Under the pieces are notes generated by a model that was not told the origin of the DNA, made no database searches, and was given only the letters and a program-made list of their open reading frames with translations. The position numbers were made by a program, and so were the translations under genes. This document shows, in pieces, positions 1 through 8,234 of a DNA stretch of 64,000 bases. The stretch comes from Thermodesulfobacteriota bacterium (GTDB lineage: Bacteria; Desulfobacterota; Binatia; HRBIN30; CADEER01), in assembly GCA_041743795.1 (NCBI GenBank), contig JBGTMF010000623.1, forward strand, positions 11,851-75,850, in the 5' to 3' direction. Positions within the stretch are counted from its first letter, which is position 1, and the number at the start of each line of letters is the position of its first letter.

Positions 1-240
1 AGGGAGCGCCGGCGGCCAGTTCGAAGCGGTCGAATTTCGGCTCGGCCGCGAAATCCGCAAGCGCCGCCGAAAGACCCGTTTCGGCGGCGATCATCGCCTC
101 CAGGCTTTCCCTCGCTCGGTGCTCGATCAGGAAGCTGACGACGGCCTGCTCCGACGCGAGTGAGGCGATCAAGAGGAGAAATGTCGACGCCAGCAGGGTG
201 GTGATCAGTGCCGCGCCGCGTTGTCGGGATTTCCTATCAG
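1..240 (-). CDS. GspK-like minor pseudopilin (3' end of the gene lies outside the window)
   Basis: Reverse-complement of 1-240 translates MANSDRKSRQRGAALITTLLASTFLLLIASLA..., a GspK-type N-terminus (G|AALITTLL followed by a hydrophobic helix). ATG at 238-240 overlaps the stop of the upstream pseudopilin gene (ATGA). Confidence 0.5.
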
Positions 241-860
241 AGTTGGCCATTGCGCAGTCCGACGGAGGTTCGATGTTCGACGGCAATGCGGTCTCGCGAG
301 CCGGCAACGGGGTGCGGCGCACTCAGCCGGAGTGTGATCTCGATCTGCCGAACGTCCGCCCTTTGGCCGGCTTCCAACTCGATACCCTCCGCGCCGATCT
401 CGTTGCCGGCCTCGTCGAGGAAGCGAAAGAGAACCTGCTCGGCATCGACATCTTGGACCATTGGTTGCGGCGATGCGCCGCCAAGCTGACGACGGAGCTG
501 GCCGAACTCGCTGTCGAGCGCGTATCCGACTCGTTCGTTGGCGGAACTCGTTTCTCCGTCCAGGTCGAGATCGCGCGCGAGGCGGATGTGGGTGCCGCTG
601 GCGGCGCGCAGACCGCGGTCGCCGGCGTCCGGCAACCCGTAGCCGACGTCGCGGATGTCACGCGCCATGATGTCGAGTGCGATGCGTGCGGTCTCGTCGA
701 GATCGTCCGCCACCTGGCGAACCCGCAACGCGTGCAGCGAGGTGGTTGCGAAACTTTGCAGAATTCCGGCCAACAGGCCGAGAAACATCATCGACAACAA
801 GGCGTCGACGACCGTCCAACCCCGCCGGTCGAGCCGCCACCAGTTCACAGACCTCGCCAC
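237..860 (-). CDS. GspJ-like minor pseudopilin
   Basis: N-terminus MARSVNWWRLDRRGWTVVDALLSMMFLGLLAG carries a prepilin-type class III signal (G|WTVVD) and hydrophobic helix. It sits third in an H-I-J-K series. Confidence 0.5.
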   Translation of the reverse strand: MARSVNWWRLDRRGWTVVDALLSMMFLGLLAGILQSFATTSLHALRVRQVADDLDETARIALDIMARDIRDVGYGLPDAGDRGLRAASGTHIRLARDLDLDGETSSANERVGYALDSEFGQLRRQLGGASPQPMVQDVDAEQVLFRFLDEAGNEIGAEGIELEAGQRADVRQIEITLRLSAPHPVAGSRDRIAVEHRTSVGLRNGQL

Positions 861-1192
861 AGCAGACCCTCCAACGCCAACTGTCGCTCGCCGCCGGCAC
901 GCCAGCGCACGGTGACGGTGAAGTGCGCCAGTCCCGGGTGGTCGTCGACGGACTGTAAATGCCAGGATGCCTCGAATGACCCGCCCGGCTCATTCACTTC
1001 GGAGCTGCCGCTGCGCAGTTGCTCGACGATGCTCATGGCGTGTTCTGTCGCCTGCAAATGGCGCGAACTGATCACCCGCTGGCTCGTCGTTCGCGCCATC
1101 GCGTCCATCAAGACGGTGCCGACCACTGCGAGCAGGGCGATCGCGGCGAGAGCTTCGACCGTGCTCATTCCCTTCTGGCCGCGTCCCGTCAT
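845..1192 (-). CDS. GspI-like minor pseudopilin
   Basis: MTGRGQKGMSTVEALAAIALLAVVG: prepilin cleavage motif (G|MSTVE) plus TM helix. Size (~115 aa) is typical of GspI/PilV-class proteins. Start overlaps the stop of the gene above. Confidence 0.5.
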   Translation of the reverse strand: MTGRGQKGMSTVEALAAIALLAVVGTVLMDAMARTTSQRVISSRHLQATEHAMSIVEQLRSGSSEVNEPGGSFEASWHLQSVDDHPGLAHFTVTVRWRAGGERQLALEGLLWRGL

Positions 1193-1635
1193 CGACGCAC
1201 CTGAACCCTTCCCACCATGTCGACGACGATGTCGCGTGTCTCACCCGTGTGGCCTCGTAGCGATACGGTGCCGAAGGTGGCGGCGTTGCCGCGCGGGCGG
1301 AATGCGATCGAACCGCCAGGCGCGGTGCATCGGGTTACGGCCACCCCGGCGGGAAGAACGCGCGGTACGCGCGCGTCGACGTATTTGCCGCCATCTGCCT
1401 GAACCTCGCGCCAGTAGGCGTCGGCGGCGGGGTCGAAACGCAGGCGGTGCGTCCGCGCCTCGGCGATTGCGCCGATGCGGGACATGCGCAGATCGAGGAC
1501 TATCTGGCGGACAGTTGCCTGCAGTTGCCACTGATGCCGCAGGTCGCGATAACCGAACCCCGCCAGTCCAAACAATACCGTTGCGATCGAGAGCGCGACG
1601 ACGATCTCGAGTAAGGTGATACCCGCAGGCCGCAT
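1189..1635 (-). CDS. GspH/FimT-family minor pseudopilin
   Basis: MRPAGITLLEIVVALSIATVLFGLA: canonical G|ITLLE prepilin motif with E5, ~148 aa. Lies immediately downstream of pilD. Confidence 0.6.
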   Translation of the reverse strand: MRPAGITLLEIVVALSIATVLFGLAGFGYRDLRHQWQLQATVRQIVLDLRMSRIGAIAEARTHRLRFDPAADAYWREVQADGGKYVDARVPRVLPAGVAVTRCTAPGGSIAFRPRGNAATFGTVSLRGHTGETRDIVVDMVGRVQVRR

Positions 1636-1719
1636 GCCGGGTGATCATAGGGACTTACGGTCTATGTGTCAAATAGTGCAGAGAGGGGTCTCCCGACTAC
1701 TTCGCCGCCCACTTCGTCG

Positions 1720-2484
1720 CTACTGTCGGGTGAGGTTCAAGTACCACTCGATGAGCGGATCGCCGGCGAAGAGGGCGGCAACCGCACCGACGGCGAGGAA
1801 CGGCCCGAACGGGATCGCCATTTGTCGACCTTCCCCACTGCGCAGCATCATGGCGAATCCCAAAGCCGTGCCGGAGAGCGACGCGATCATCAATGTCACT
1901 GGAATGGCCCGCCAACCGAGGAAGGCGCCGATCATGGCGAGAAGTTTGACGTCTCCCCCTCCCATCCCTTCGCGACCGGTCAGGCGAAAGTAGCCCTCCG
2001 CGATCGCCCAGAGGATACCGCCGCCGAGGAGGATGCCGATGAGGGAGTCGGTCCAGGCGGGATCGCCCGGCAAGAACGCTGCGGCGAGACCGATCGCGAT
2101 GCCGGGAAGGCTGATGACGTCGGGAATGATCTGGTGATCGATGTCGATAAACGTGATGACGATCAGCGCACAGAGAAACGCGAAGAAGAGGAGCGCCTGC
2201 GGATCGATGCCGAACACCGCGTAAGTCGCTACGCCGGCCAACCCCGTCAGTGCTTCGACGACCGGATAGCGGATCGAGATACCGGTCTGGCAATGGCGGC
2301 ATCGGCCGCGCAGGATCATGTAGCTGACGATAGGAATATTGTCCCACGGGCGGATGGGAGTGTGGCAGTGTGGACAGTGGGAGGCCGGAAAGGCAATCGA
2401 CTCGTCGCTCGGTATGCGATGGATGCATACATTGAGAAACGAGCCGATCATCGAAGCCAACAGGAAGACGAAGAACACAGTCAT
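1720..2484 (-). CDS. pilD: Prepilin peptidase / N-methyltransferase (A24 family)
   Basis: Tetracysteine motif CPHCHTPIRPW...RGRCRHC, multiple TM helices and the GGGDVKLL motif are characteristic of PilD/GspO. ATG start (MTVFFVF) is taken from inside the longer ORF. Confidence 0.9.
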   Translation of the reverse strand: MTVFFVFLLASMIGSFLNVCIHRIPSDESIAFPASHCPHCHTPIRPWDNIPIVSYMILRGRCRHCQTGISIRYPVVEALTGLAGVATYAVFGIDPQALLFFAFLCALIVITFIDIDHQIIPDVISLPGIAIGLAAAFLPGDPAWTDSLIGILLGGGILWAIAEGYFRLTGREGMGGGDVKLLAMIGAFLGWRAIPVTLMIASLSGTALGFAMMLRSGEGRQMAIPFGPFLAVGAVAALFAGDPLIEWYLNLTRQ

Positions 2485-2571
2485 GCAATCACCGTGGGGT
2501 GGGGACATCCCGACGCATACCGATCTGCGAAACGCGGGAGATGTACGCGAGGGAGTACCGGTCGTTGCGAC

Positions 2572-3537
2572 TCAGGCGGAACCGGACCCGGCGACTTTCT
2601 TCGCGCCGCGTCGAGCCGCCGCGCGTTTGGGCGAGAGCAGTTTGCTCTCGGCCGTCTCCGAGTCTCGAACCGAATCGATGCGCTCGCTGCGCATCAGGGA
2701 GATCTGTTCGGACACCAATCCCAGCATGAAAATGATGACCGCGGTGGAAATGAGCAAAGCCGCCATGTTGGTGAATCGGTGCACAGTGAGGAAGGTGTAC
2801 AGATAGTAGGACGCGCCGGTGGCGAAGAAGAACAGACTCACCGGCAGGAAGACGCGGAACGGCGCAAAAAGGGTCGCGATCTTGGTCAGGATCAAGAGAA
2901 ATCGGGTGCCGTCCTGCCAGATGCGAATCTTGCTCGTGCCGACACGGCGGCGAATGTCGATCGGAACGTAATGCAAGGTCAGGCCGCTGCGAAGGTACGC
3001 CAGGGTCAGGGTGGTCGGATACGAGAACGTATTCGGCAGAATCTCCAAGTAGCGTCGCACCTCGCTGGTCCGCATGGCGCGGAAGCCACTCGTAAGGTCG
3101 CGCACGGGGAACTCGCTTACGTACGTTGCCAGGCGATTGTAGATCGTATTGGCGATCCAGCGATGCCAGCCGGCCTGTCCAGATCCGGGGCGCGCGCCGA
3201 CGACCATGTTGAAGCGCTTCAGATGAGTCACAAGGTTGCGAACATCGGCGGCCTGGTGCTGCCCGTCGGCGTCCATCAGGACGACGTACCGCCGCGACGC
3301 GTGGCGCAAGCCGGTCTTTACCGCCGCGCCGTTGCCAATGTTGTACGCGTGGGAGATCACCCGGGCGCCGTGTGCCGCGGCGATGGCGGGGCTCTCATCG
3401 GTCGAGCCGTCGTCGATCACCAGGATCTCCGCCCCTGGAAGTTCGGCGGAGAGCGAATCTACCAGGAGAGCGATCGACTGCGCCTCGTTGAACGCCGGAA
3501 TGATGATACTGAGTTCGTCGTTGGCAATCGAAGTCAT
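2572..3537 (-). CDS. GT2-family polyprenyl-phosphate glycosyltransferase (DPM1/ArnC/GtrB-like)
   Basis: Internal ATG (MTSIANDELSIIIPAFNEA...ILVIDDGSTDES...MDADGQH) gives ~320 aa with GT-A DxD-type motifs and two C-terminal TM helices. That is the architecture of Pol-P-sugar synthases that feed GT-C enzymes. The N-terminal 150 aa of the listed ORF is Arg/Pro-rich junk. Confidence 0.8.
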   Translation of the reverse strand: MTSIANDELSIIIPAFNEAQSIALLVDSLSAELPGAEILVIDDGSTDESPAIAAAHGARVISHAYNIGNGAAVKTGLRHASRRYVVLMDADGQHQAADVRNLVTHLKRFNMVVGARPGSGQAGWHRWIANTIYNRLATYVSEFPVRDLTSGFRAMRTSEVRRYLEILPNTFSYPTTLTLAYLRSGLTLHYVPIDIRRRVGTSKIRIWQDGTRFLLILTKIATLFAPFRVFLPVSLFFFATGASYYLYTFLTVHRFTNMAALLISTAVIIFMLGLVSEQISLMRSERIDSVRDSETAESKLLSPKRAAARRGAKKVAGSGSA

Positions 3538-3563
3538 CTCCCGCTCTCTTCCGCCGGCCGCGC

Positions 3564-5321
3564 TCAGAGGATCTCGTAGAGCCCGAACGCTCCGTGGCTG
3601 TGGATGAGGCGCAGATGCTGCGTGGCGAAACCGTCCCAGCGCTGCATCTCGGTTGCCGTCAGGTCCTCCTTGAGGAAGCGACCCAGCAGGGGCGCCGAGG
3701 CTGCGATATGGCTGAGTCCCATCTCCTGCAACTGAGCTGACACACCTCTCGGGCTTGCGGCGGTACGTACCGCGTCGCGAATCGTCGTGCCGGAATAGTA
3801 GTAGTCGTATGTATAGGGGCGCTTCCAGTAGTAGCCGCGCTGCCCGAGAAACGCCAGGTGCACATTGGCGTTGGCCGGCAGATTCTCGCTGGCAAACCTG
3901 GAAAGTGGGTACTCGGGGACGAAACGGGTGATGAACTCCTGCCGACTTTCGCGGCCGCGGAGATAGGCTCCCGGCGACATGAGATTCCAATAGTCCGCGA
4001 AGTGCCAGAGGTTGAACGCGAGCGCAGCGGCACCGAGCGCGGGCAGGAGAAGACGCGCGCTCGGCAATGCCGTTCGCCAGCGATCCAGCAGCGCCGCCGT
4101 GAGAATTGCCAGTGCGACCAAAGAGGCGATCGCGTAGCGGCTGCGGAACGTGGTGAGGAGAAAAACCATCGCCAGGACGGCGAGCGCGAAGATCCAGAGG
4201 TAATCCATCTTGGCGGTTCGGCGACCGCTGAGAATTGCGGCGAATCCGAAGAGGAAAAGCGGGTTGAACGCACCGTCGAAGCGCGCCGGGTCGCCGAAGC
4301 GGCCGATGACGAAGGCGCGAAATGGCGTCGTCAGAATCTCGATCCAGGATTCGTTGTAGAGAAACATGCGCTTGGTGAAAATGTCGATGGATGGCGAATC
4401 GGCGCGCGGCGGACCGCCCAGGGTGCCGCGCAAAAGCGGGAATACAGGGTTGCCGGTCTCGAAGTAGTTGCGGAGCAACCAGGGTGCCAGCGGTACGATG
4501 GCCAGAGCGCCGAAGATCGCGATATTGCGCAGGATGGAAACCGCGTCACGCCGCGGTGCAAGAGTGATCGTGCCGACCAGGAGCAAGGGCAGCGTCAGGT
4601 AGCCGTTGTACTTGACCGAGGCCGCGCAGCCGGCGGCAAATCCGGCCAGGCCGAGCAGGCCGGTTTGCTCGCTCTCCGACCAGCGCAGCAGCGCGACGAC
4701 CGAGACGGTGGTGAAGAAGAGCAGGCCGAGATCGACGTAGGCGCTGGATGCGAGAGTCGCGAATGTGGGAGTCGTCAAGATCAGCAGCGCGACAAAGGCG
4801 GCGACGCCAATCGCCACGGTCGATGAAAGGTAGACGTAGAGGATGGCGACGCTGGCCAGGCCAAAGAACATATGTAGGTACTTCGGCGCGCTCTCCCAAC
4901 CCTGGGCGAGAAGCGGCGTGTACAGCAACGTCAGTTGCATGGGGAAATACGACTGTTCGGCGAACGGATACACCACGGCGCGTCCTTCCTCGAGGAACAG
5001 CGCCGGAAGGGCGAGATGGTGGGTCAGCTCGTCTCGCGCTACGGGAGGGAGTAGGTTCAAGACGACGAGCGCCGCGACGAAGACGAGCCCAGCGGCGAGG
5101 AACAACCAACTCGCGGTGTTCCGCGCGGCCGCGGCGAACGCGCTGACGACGATCGCGATCAGCAGCAGGGCGACGCTTCCGGGCACTAGCAAGCCGGCGA
5201 CGGATGCGATGCCGTGACCATTCGCGGCGAGAATGAAGTAGAGCGTGCCGATCACCCCAACCGCACCGCCACTCCACAGCGACCGATCCAGTGCGAGGGT
5301 CGTGTCGCGATCGCCGATCAC
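3564..5321 (-). CDS. GT-C fold membrane glycosyltransferase (GT39/GT83, PMT/ArnT-like)
   Basis: 585 aa with ~11 predicted TM helices. The first periplasmic loop has the ARDELTHH (DE) motif typical of PMT/ArnT lipid-carrier-dependent glycosyltransferases. GTG start at 5319-5321 overlaps the TGA stop of the ABC permease (GTGA coupling). Confidence 0.7.
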   Translation of the reverse strand: MIGDRDTTLALDRSLWSGGAVGVIGTLYFILAANGHGIASVAGLLVPGSVALLLIAIVVSAFAAAARNTASWLFLAAGLVFVAALVVLNLLPPVARDELTHHLALPALFLEEGRAVVYPFAEQSYFPMQLTLLYTPLLAQGWESAPKYLHMFFGLASVAILYVYLSSTVAIGVAAFVALLILTTPTFATLASSAYVDLGLLFFTTVSVVALLRWSESEQTGLLGLAGFAAGCAASVKYNGYLTLPLLLVGTITLAPRRDAVSILRNIAIFGALAIVPLAPWLLRNYFETGNPVFPLLRGTLGGPPRADSPSIDIFTKRMFLYNESWIEILTTPFRAFVIGRFGDPARFDGAFNPLFLFGFAAILSGRRTAKMDYLWIFALAVLAMVFLLTTFRSRYAIASLVALAILTAALLDRWRTALPSARLLLPALGAAALAFNLWHFADYWNLMSPGAYLRGRESRQEFITRFVPEYPLSRFASENLPANANVHLAFLGQRGYYWKRPYTYDYYYSGTTIRDAVRTAASPRGVSAQLQEMGLSHIAASAPLLGRFLKEDLTATEMQRWDGFATQHLRLIHSHGAFGLYEIL

Positions 5322-6088
5322 TTGAACTCTCGGCGTGCGAACAGTCCGACGGCGAGGAGAAGAAGCACGGCGCTGTACGAAAGAGCGTAGGCCGTCAAAA
5401 ATAGCATGGTGCCGACGGCGACCGACTCTCCGTAGACCAAACGATCGGCGAGCAGGAAGTGATCCAGTCGTGGTAGCGCGGCGTGTAGGACCTTGGCCGC
5501 GACGCGGAGCAGGGAGTTGGTGGTGTCGGAGAGGAAATAGTCGAGGTACTGCGTCGAGCGCCCGGCGATGAAACAGCCGATCGTAAACATGCCGGCGAGG
5601 GTCGGCGTGACGACCAGGGAAGAGAAGAATACCGCGAAAGCGACGACGATCATGATCTCGAGCAGCGACGCCGCGGCGGCGACGAGGATTCCCGGATCAA
5701 ATCGCCCTTCGAGGAACCACAGAAACATTGCCAGGCCGGCTGCCATGCTGACGATCACGGCGACCAGGGTGGCGAAGAGACCGAGAAACTTGCCGAGGAC
5801 GAACTGCCAGCGCGCGACCGGTTTCGACAGTGTATTTAGGATCGTCTTGTGTTGCAGCTCCTGCTGCAGCAGGTTGACGCCGAGGACGACGGCGATGATG
5901 ACCCCGAAGAGGGAGATGCTCATCAGGCTGAAATCCTTGATATAGCGGATCTGATCGCCGATCGACGCCGATCCGAAGATCGTAGAGATGCCGACCATCA
6001 AAATGGCAAACGCGAGAATCGAGTAGAGAACCCGGCTGCGAACCGCTTCTCGCGTCGTGTTCAACGCCAATGCTAGTACCTTGTTCAT
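5318..6088 (-). CDS. ABC-2 type transporter permease (PilI-like by position)
   Basis: MNKVLALALNTTREAVRSRVLYSILAFAILMVG..., ~256 aa, six hydrophobic segments, ABC-2 permease-like. Immediately downstream of the ABC ATPase. Confidence 0.75.
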   Translation of the reverse strand: MNKVLALALNTTREAVRSRVLYSILAFAILMVGISTIFGSASIGDQIRYIKDFSLMSISLFGVIIAVVLGVNLLQQELQHKTILNTLSKPVARWQFVLGKFLGLFATLVAVIVSMAAGLAMFLWFLEGRFDPGILVAAAASLLEIMIVVAFAVFFSSLVVTPTLAGMFTIGCFIAGRSTQYLDYFLSDTTNSLLRVAAKVLHAALPRLDHFLLADRLVYGESVAVGTMLFLTAYALSYSAVLLLLAVGLFARREFK

Positions 6089-6202
6089 GGTCGCAACGCC
6101 TCTGGGATCGCGCGCCGCTTCGCCGCACGCACTTCGCTTTCGCGCGGATGCATCCACTGCACGCGATCGGCACCGCCGTCCCACCGACTCGACTGCGAGT
6201 TG

Positions 6203-7120
6203 CTAGTTGCCGGCATGGCGAAGAAATCGCTCCTCGAGAGTGGTGTGGCGCGGTGTAATTCGTTCGATCGAGGCGGAGTTTCGGCGAATCAGGTCGACGG
6301 CTTCGTCCACCAGTTTCAGTCCAGGCACCGTGATCAAATGCACGCCATCGCGCGTTACCACCGATGTTCCGGGAAGTTGGGCGAGGGCGTCGGGGATCGC
6401 TCCGTTGCTGCTGCGGACTTCCAACTCGTAGGATGTCGCGTCTGAATGGTCCGCCACCGTGATGATCTCGCGCAGTCGACCGGCTGTAAGTATACCGACG
6501 CGGTCGCACAGCGTTTCGGCGTCGGACAGGATGTGTGACGAGAAAATGATACTGGTGCCGCCGTTGCGCAGGTCGAGGATCAGATCGCGCATCTCCCGGC
6601 GGCCTACCGGGTCGAGGCCGGACATGGGCTCGTCGAGAATCAGCAAACGCGGTCGGTTGAGAATCGCCTGCGCGACGCCGACTCGCTGTAGCAAACCCTT
6701 CGACAGCGTGCGCATCGCGGCACGCCGCTTTTCTTGCAGGCCCAGGCGTTCGATCACCTCGTCGATGCGCGCGGTCCGTGGCGAACGCTCGATCCCGTAC
6801 AAATTGCCGAACAGCCGAAGGGTTTCCTGAACCGTCAGGTACTCGTAGAAGTAGGGGTGTTCGGGCAAAAAGCCGATCTCCGCCTTGGCGGCGGCAGTCA
6901 AAGGTTGGTCGTCGAAGAGAATCTGCCCCGAGGTCGGCCGCAGGAAACCGAGGATCAGCTTGAACGTCGTCGTCTTTCCGGCGCCATTCGGGCCGAGTAG
7001 GCCGAAGCACTCGCCGCTCCGCACTGCCAGGTCGATTGCGTTGAGGACCCGTGTCGGCCGGAAGGTCCAGTCGCTTCGGTAGTCCTTGCAGAGTTTTCGA
7101 ATGTCCAGGATATCAGCCAT
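6203..7120 (-). CDS. ABC transporter ATP-binding protein (PilH-like by position)
   Basis: Walker A GPNGAGKTT, signature LSKGLLQRVGVAQA, Walker B LLILDEPMSGLD, H-loop SSHIL. Confidence 0.85.
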   Translation of the reverse strand: MADILDIRKLCKDYRSDWTFRPTRVLNAIDLAVRSGECFGLLGPNGAGKTTTFKLILGFLRPTSGQILFDDQPLTAAAKAEIGFLPEHPYFYEYLTVQETLRLFGNLYGIERSPRTARIDEVIERLGLQEKRRAAMRTLSKGLLQRVGVAQAILNRPRLLILDEPMSGLDPVGRREMRDLILDLRNGGTSIIFSSHILSDAETLCDRVGILTAGRLREIITVADHSDATSYELEVRSSNGAIPDALAQLPGTSVVTRDGVHLITVPGLKLVDEAVDLIRRNSASIERITPRHTTLEERFLRHAGN

Positions 7121-7128
7121 CGGATTGC

Positions 7129-8049
7129 CTATTGGCCGAGCAACTCAGCGCCGTATTTGCCTTGCAGGGCGCGCTCTCGAATCTTGCTGCGGTAGCTCCG
7201 CGTTGGCGATCTACCGGTGGAGGACTGCGCCTTGCCATCGGGACCGATCTCGAAGTGTCCGCCCATTGGGTCGTGCGGAATTCCCTGCAGGAGGCCGGCG
7301 GTGACCATCTCCTCGAGGGACGATGGCGCTCGGCCGTTGGACTTCTCGAACGCTTCGATCTGGTTGTCGAGATCGAGGAGGATCGAGGCAGCGGTGGCTT
7401 CTTTCAGGTTGCGCTGGATGACGTCGCGAATCTGTTGCGACTCCGCGTTCTGTTCGAGATCGCGCAGGAAGGCCATTGCCGTTTCTGGGCCGGAGGTTTC
7501 CGTCGTGACGATCGTCGCCAGGCGCGCCACTGCAGGGTGCGCGCCGGGAAGGCGTACGGAGCGCTGTAAGTATTCGGAAGCGCGCTCTCCGTCGTTGTTG
7601 AAGAAGAAGTGCAGGAAACCGAGGTAGTACGAAAGGTCCCAGGCATCGGGGATGGCGTTCACGCCTTTCTCGAGAATGCGGATTCCGGCGTCGACCTCGC
7701 CGGCCTCCCAGGGGAGGATCAACCCGGCGAAGCGGTAGACGTGCTCGGCGCGGGGATCGAGGTCGGTGACCAACTCGCAGATGTGGGCGAGCCAGGGGTA
7801 GGTGCGATCACTGCGGTAGTGTTTGCCGAAATAGCTGATCGCGCGGAACCACAGGACGTCGGCGAGGACGTTGTGGTAGCCCAACGAAAGCGGACGCAGC
7901 AACTCGGCTCGCGGCAGATAGACAGGCTCTTCCAATTTCTCGGCTGACATCTCGTGTCGGTCGAGCGTGGCGCGAAACATCCCCGTCGTTGCGCTGAGCA
8001 ACGTCAGCGCTATGGCGAAGAGGGCACAACGTATGGCCAGTGCCGAATT
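7129..8049 (-). CDS. Secreted/lipoprotein-like hypothetical protein in the pilG position
   Basis: Internal start MNSALAIRCALFAIALTLLSATTG (signal peptide). No recognisable catalytic motifs. Located between pilA and the ABC ATPase, as pilG is in M. xanthus. Confidence 0.45.
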   Translation of the reverse strand, partial: NSALAIRCALFAIALTLLSATTGMFRATLDRHEMSAEKLEEPVYLPRAELLRPLSLGYHNVLADVLWFRAISYFGKHYRSDRTYPWLAHICELVTDLDPRAEHVYRFAGLILPWEAGEVDAGIRILEKGVNAIPDAWDLSYYLGFLHFFFNNDGERASEYLQRSVRLPGAHPAVARLATIVTTETSGPETAMAFLRDLEQNAESQQIRDVIQRNLKEATAASILLDLDNQIEAFEKSNGRAPSSLEEMVTAGLLQGIPHDPMGGHFEIGPDGKAQSSTGRSPTRSYRSKIRERALQGKYGAELLGQ

Positions 8050-8181
8050 CATCTGGGTCGGGATTATACCTGCTGCGGGCAGCATGCGAAGTCGAATGTT
8101 GCGTCGCCTACGATGAGGGAAGAGGAGCCGGTATCGCCGCCATCCAGACACGGTGAGAGCTGTCGGCTCGCCGCGGCGGGG

Positions 8182-8213
8182 AAAAAAAAAGGGAGGGCTC
8201 GAAAGCCCTCCCT
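8182..8213 (-). terminator. Rho-independent terminator downstream of pilA
   Basis: Perfect 10-bp stem (agggagggct / agccctccct) with cgaa loop at 8190-8213. On the minus strand it is followed by a T9 run (plus-strand A-run 8182-8190). It lies 22 nt after the pilA stop. Confidence 0.75.
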
Positions 8214-8234
8214 TTGGTCGTTGCGGGGCAACCC

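Noticed and set aside
198-1619. 473-aa plus-strand ORF covering the pseudopilin genes
   Set aside because: Arg/Pro/Ala-rich translation with no motifs, antisense to four well-supported prepilin-type genes. Typical shadow ORF in high-GC DNA.
1666-3579. 637-aa plus-strand ORF antisense to pilD and the GT2 gene
   Set aside because: Low-complexity Arg/Gly/Asp-rich product. The opposite strand encodes proteins with clear PilD and GT2 motifs.
3858-4826. 322-aa plus-strand ORF inside the GT-C gene
   Set aside because: Antisense shadow. The product is Arg/Glu/Gly-rich with no domain signature.
5697-7010. 437-aa minus-strand ORF overlapping the ABC permease and ATPase genes in another frame
   Set aside because: Out-of-frame overlap with two motif-rich ABC genes on the same strand. 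Composition (Arg/Pro-rich) is typical of a GC-driven open frame.
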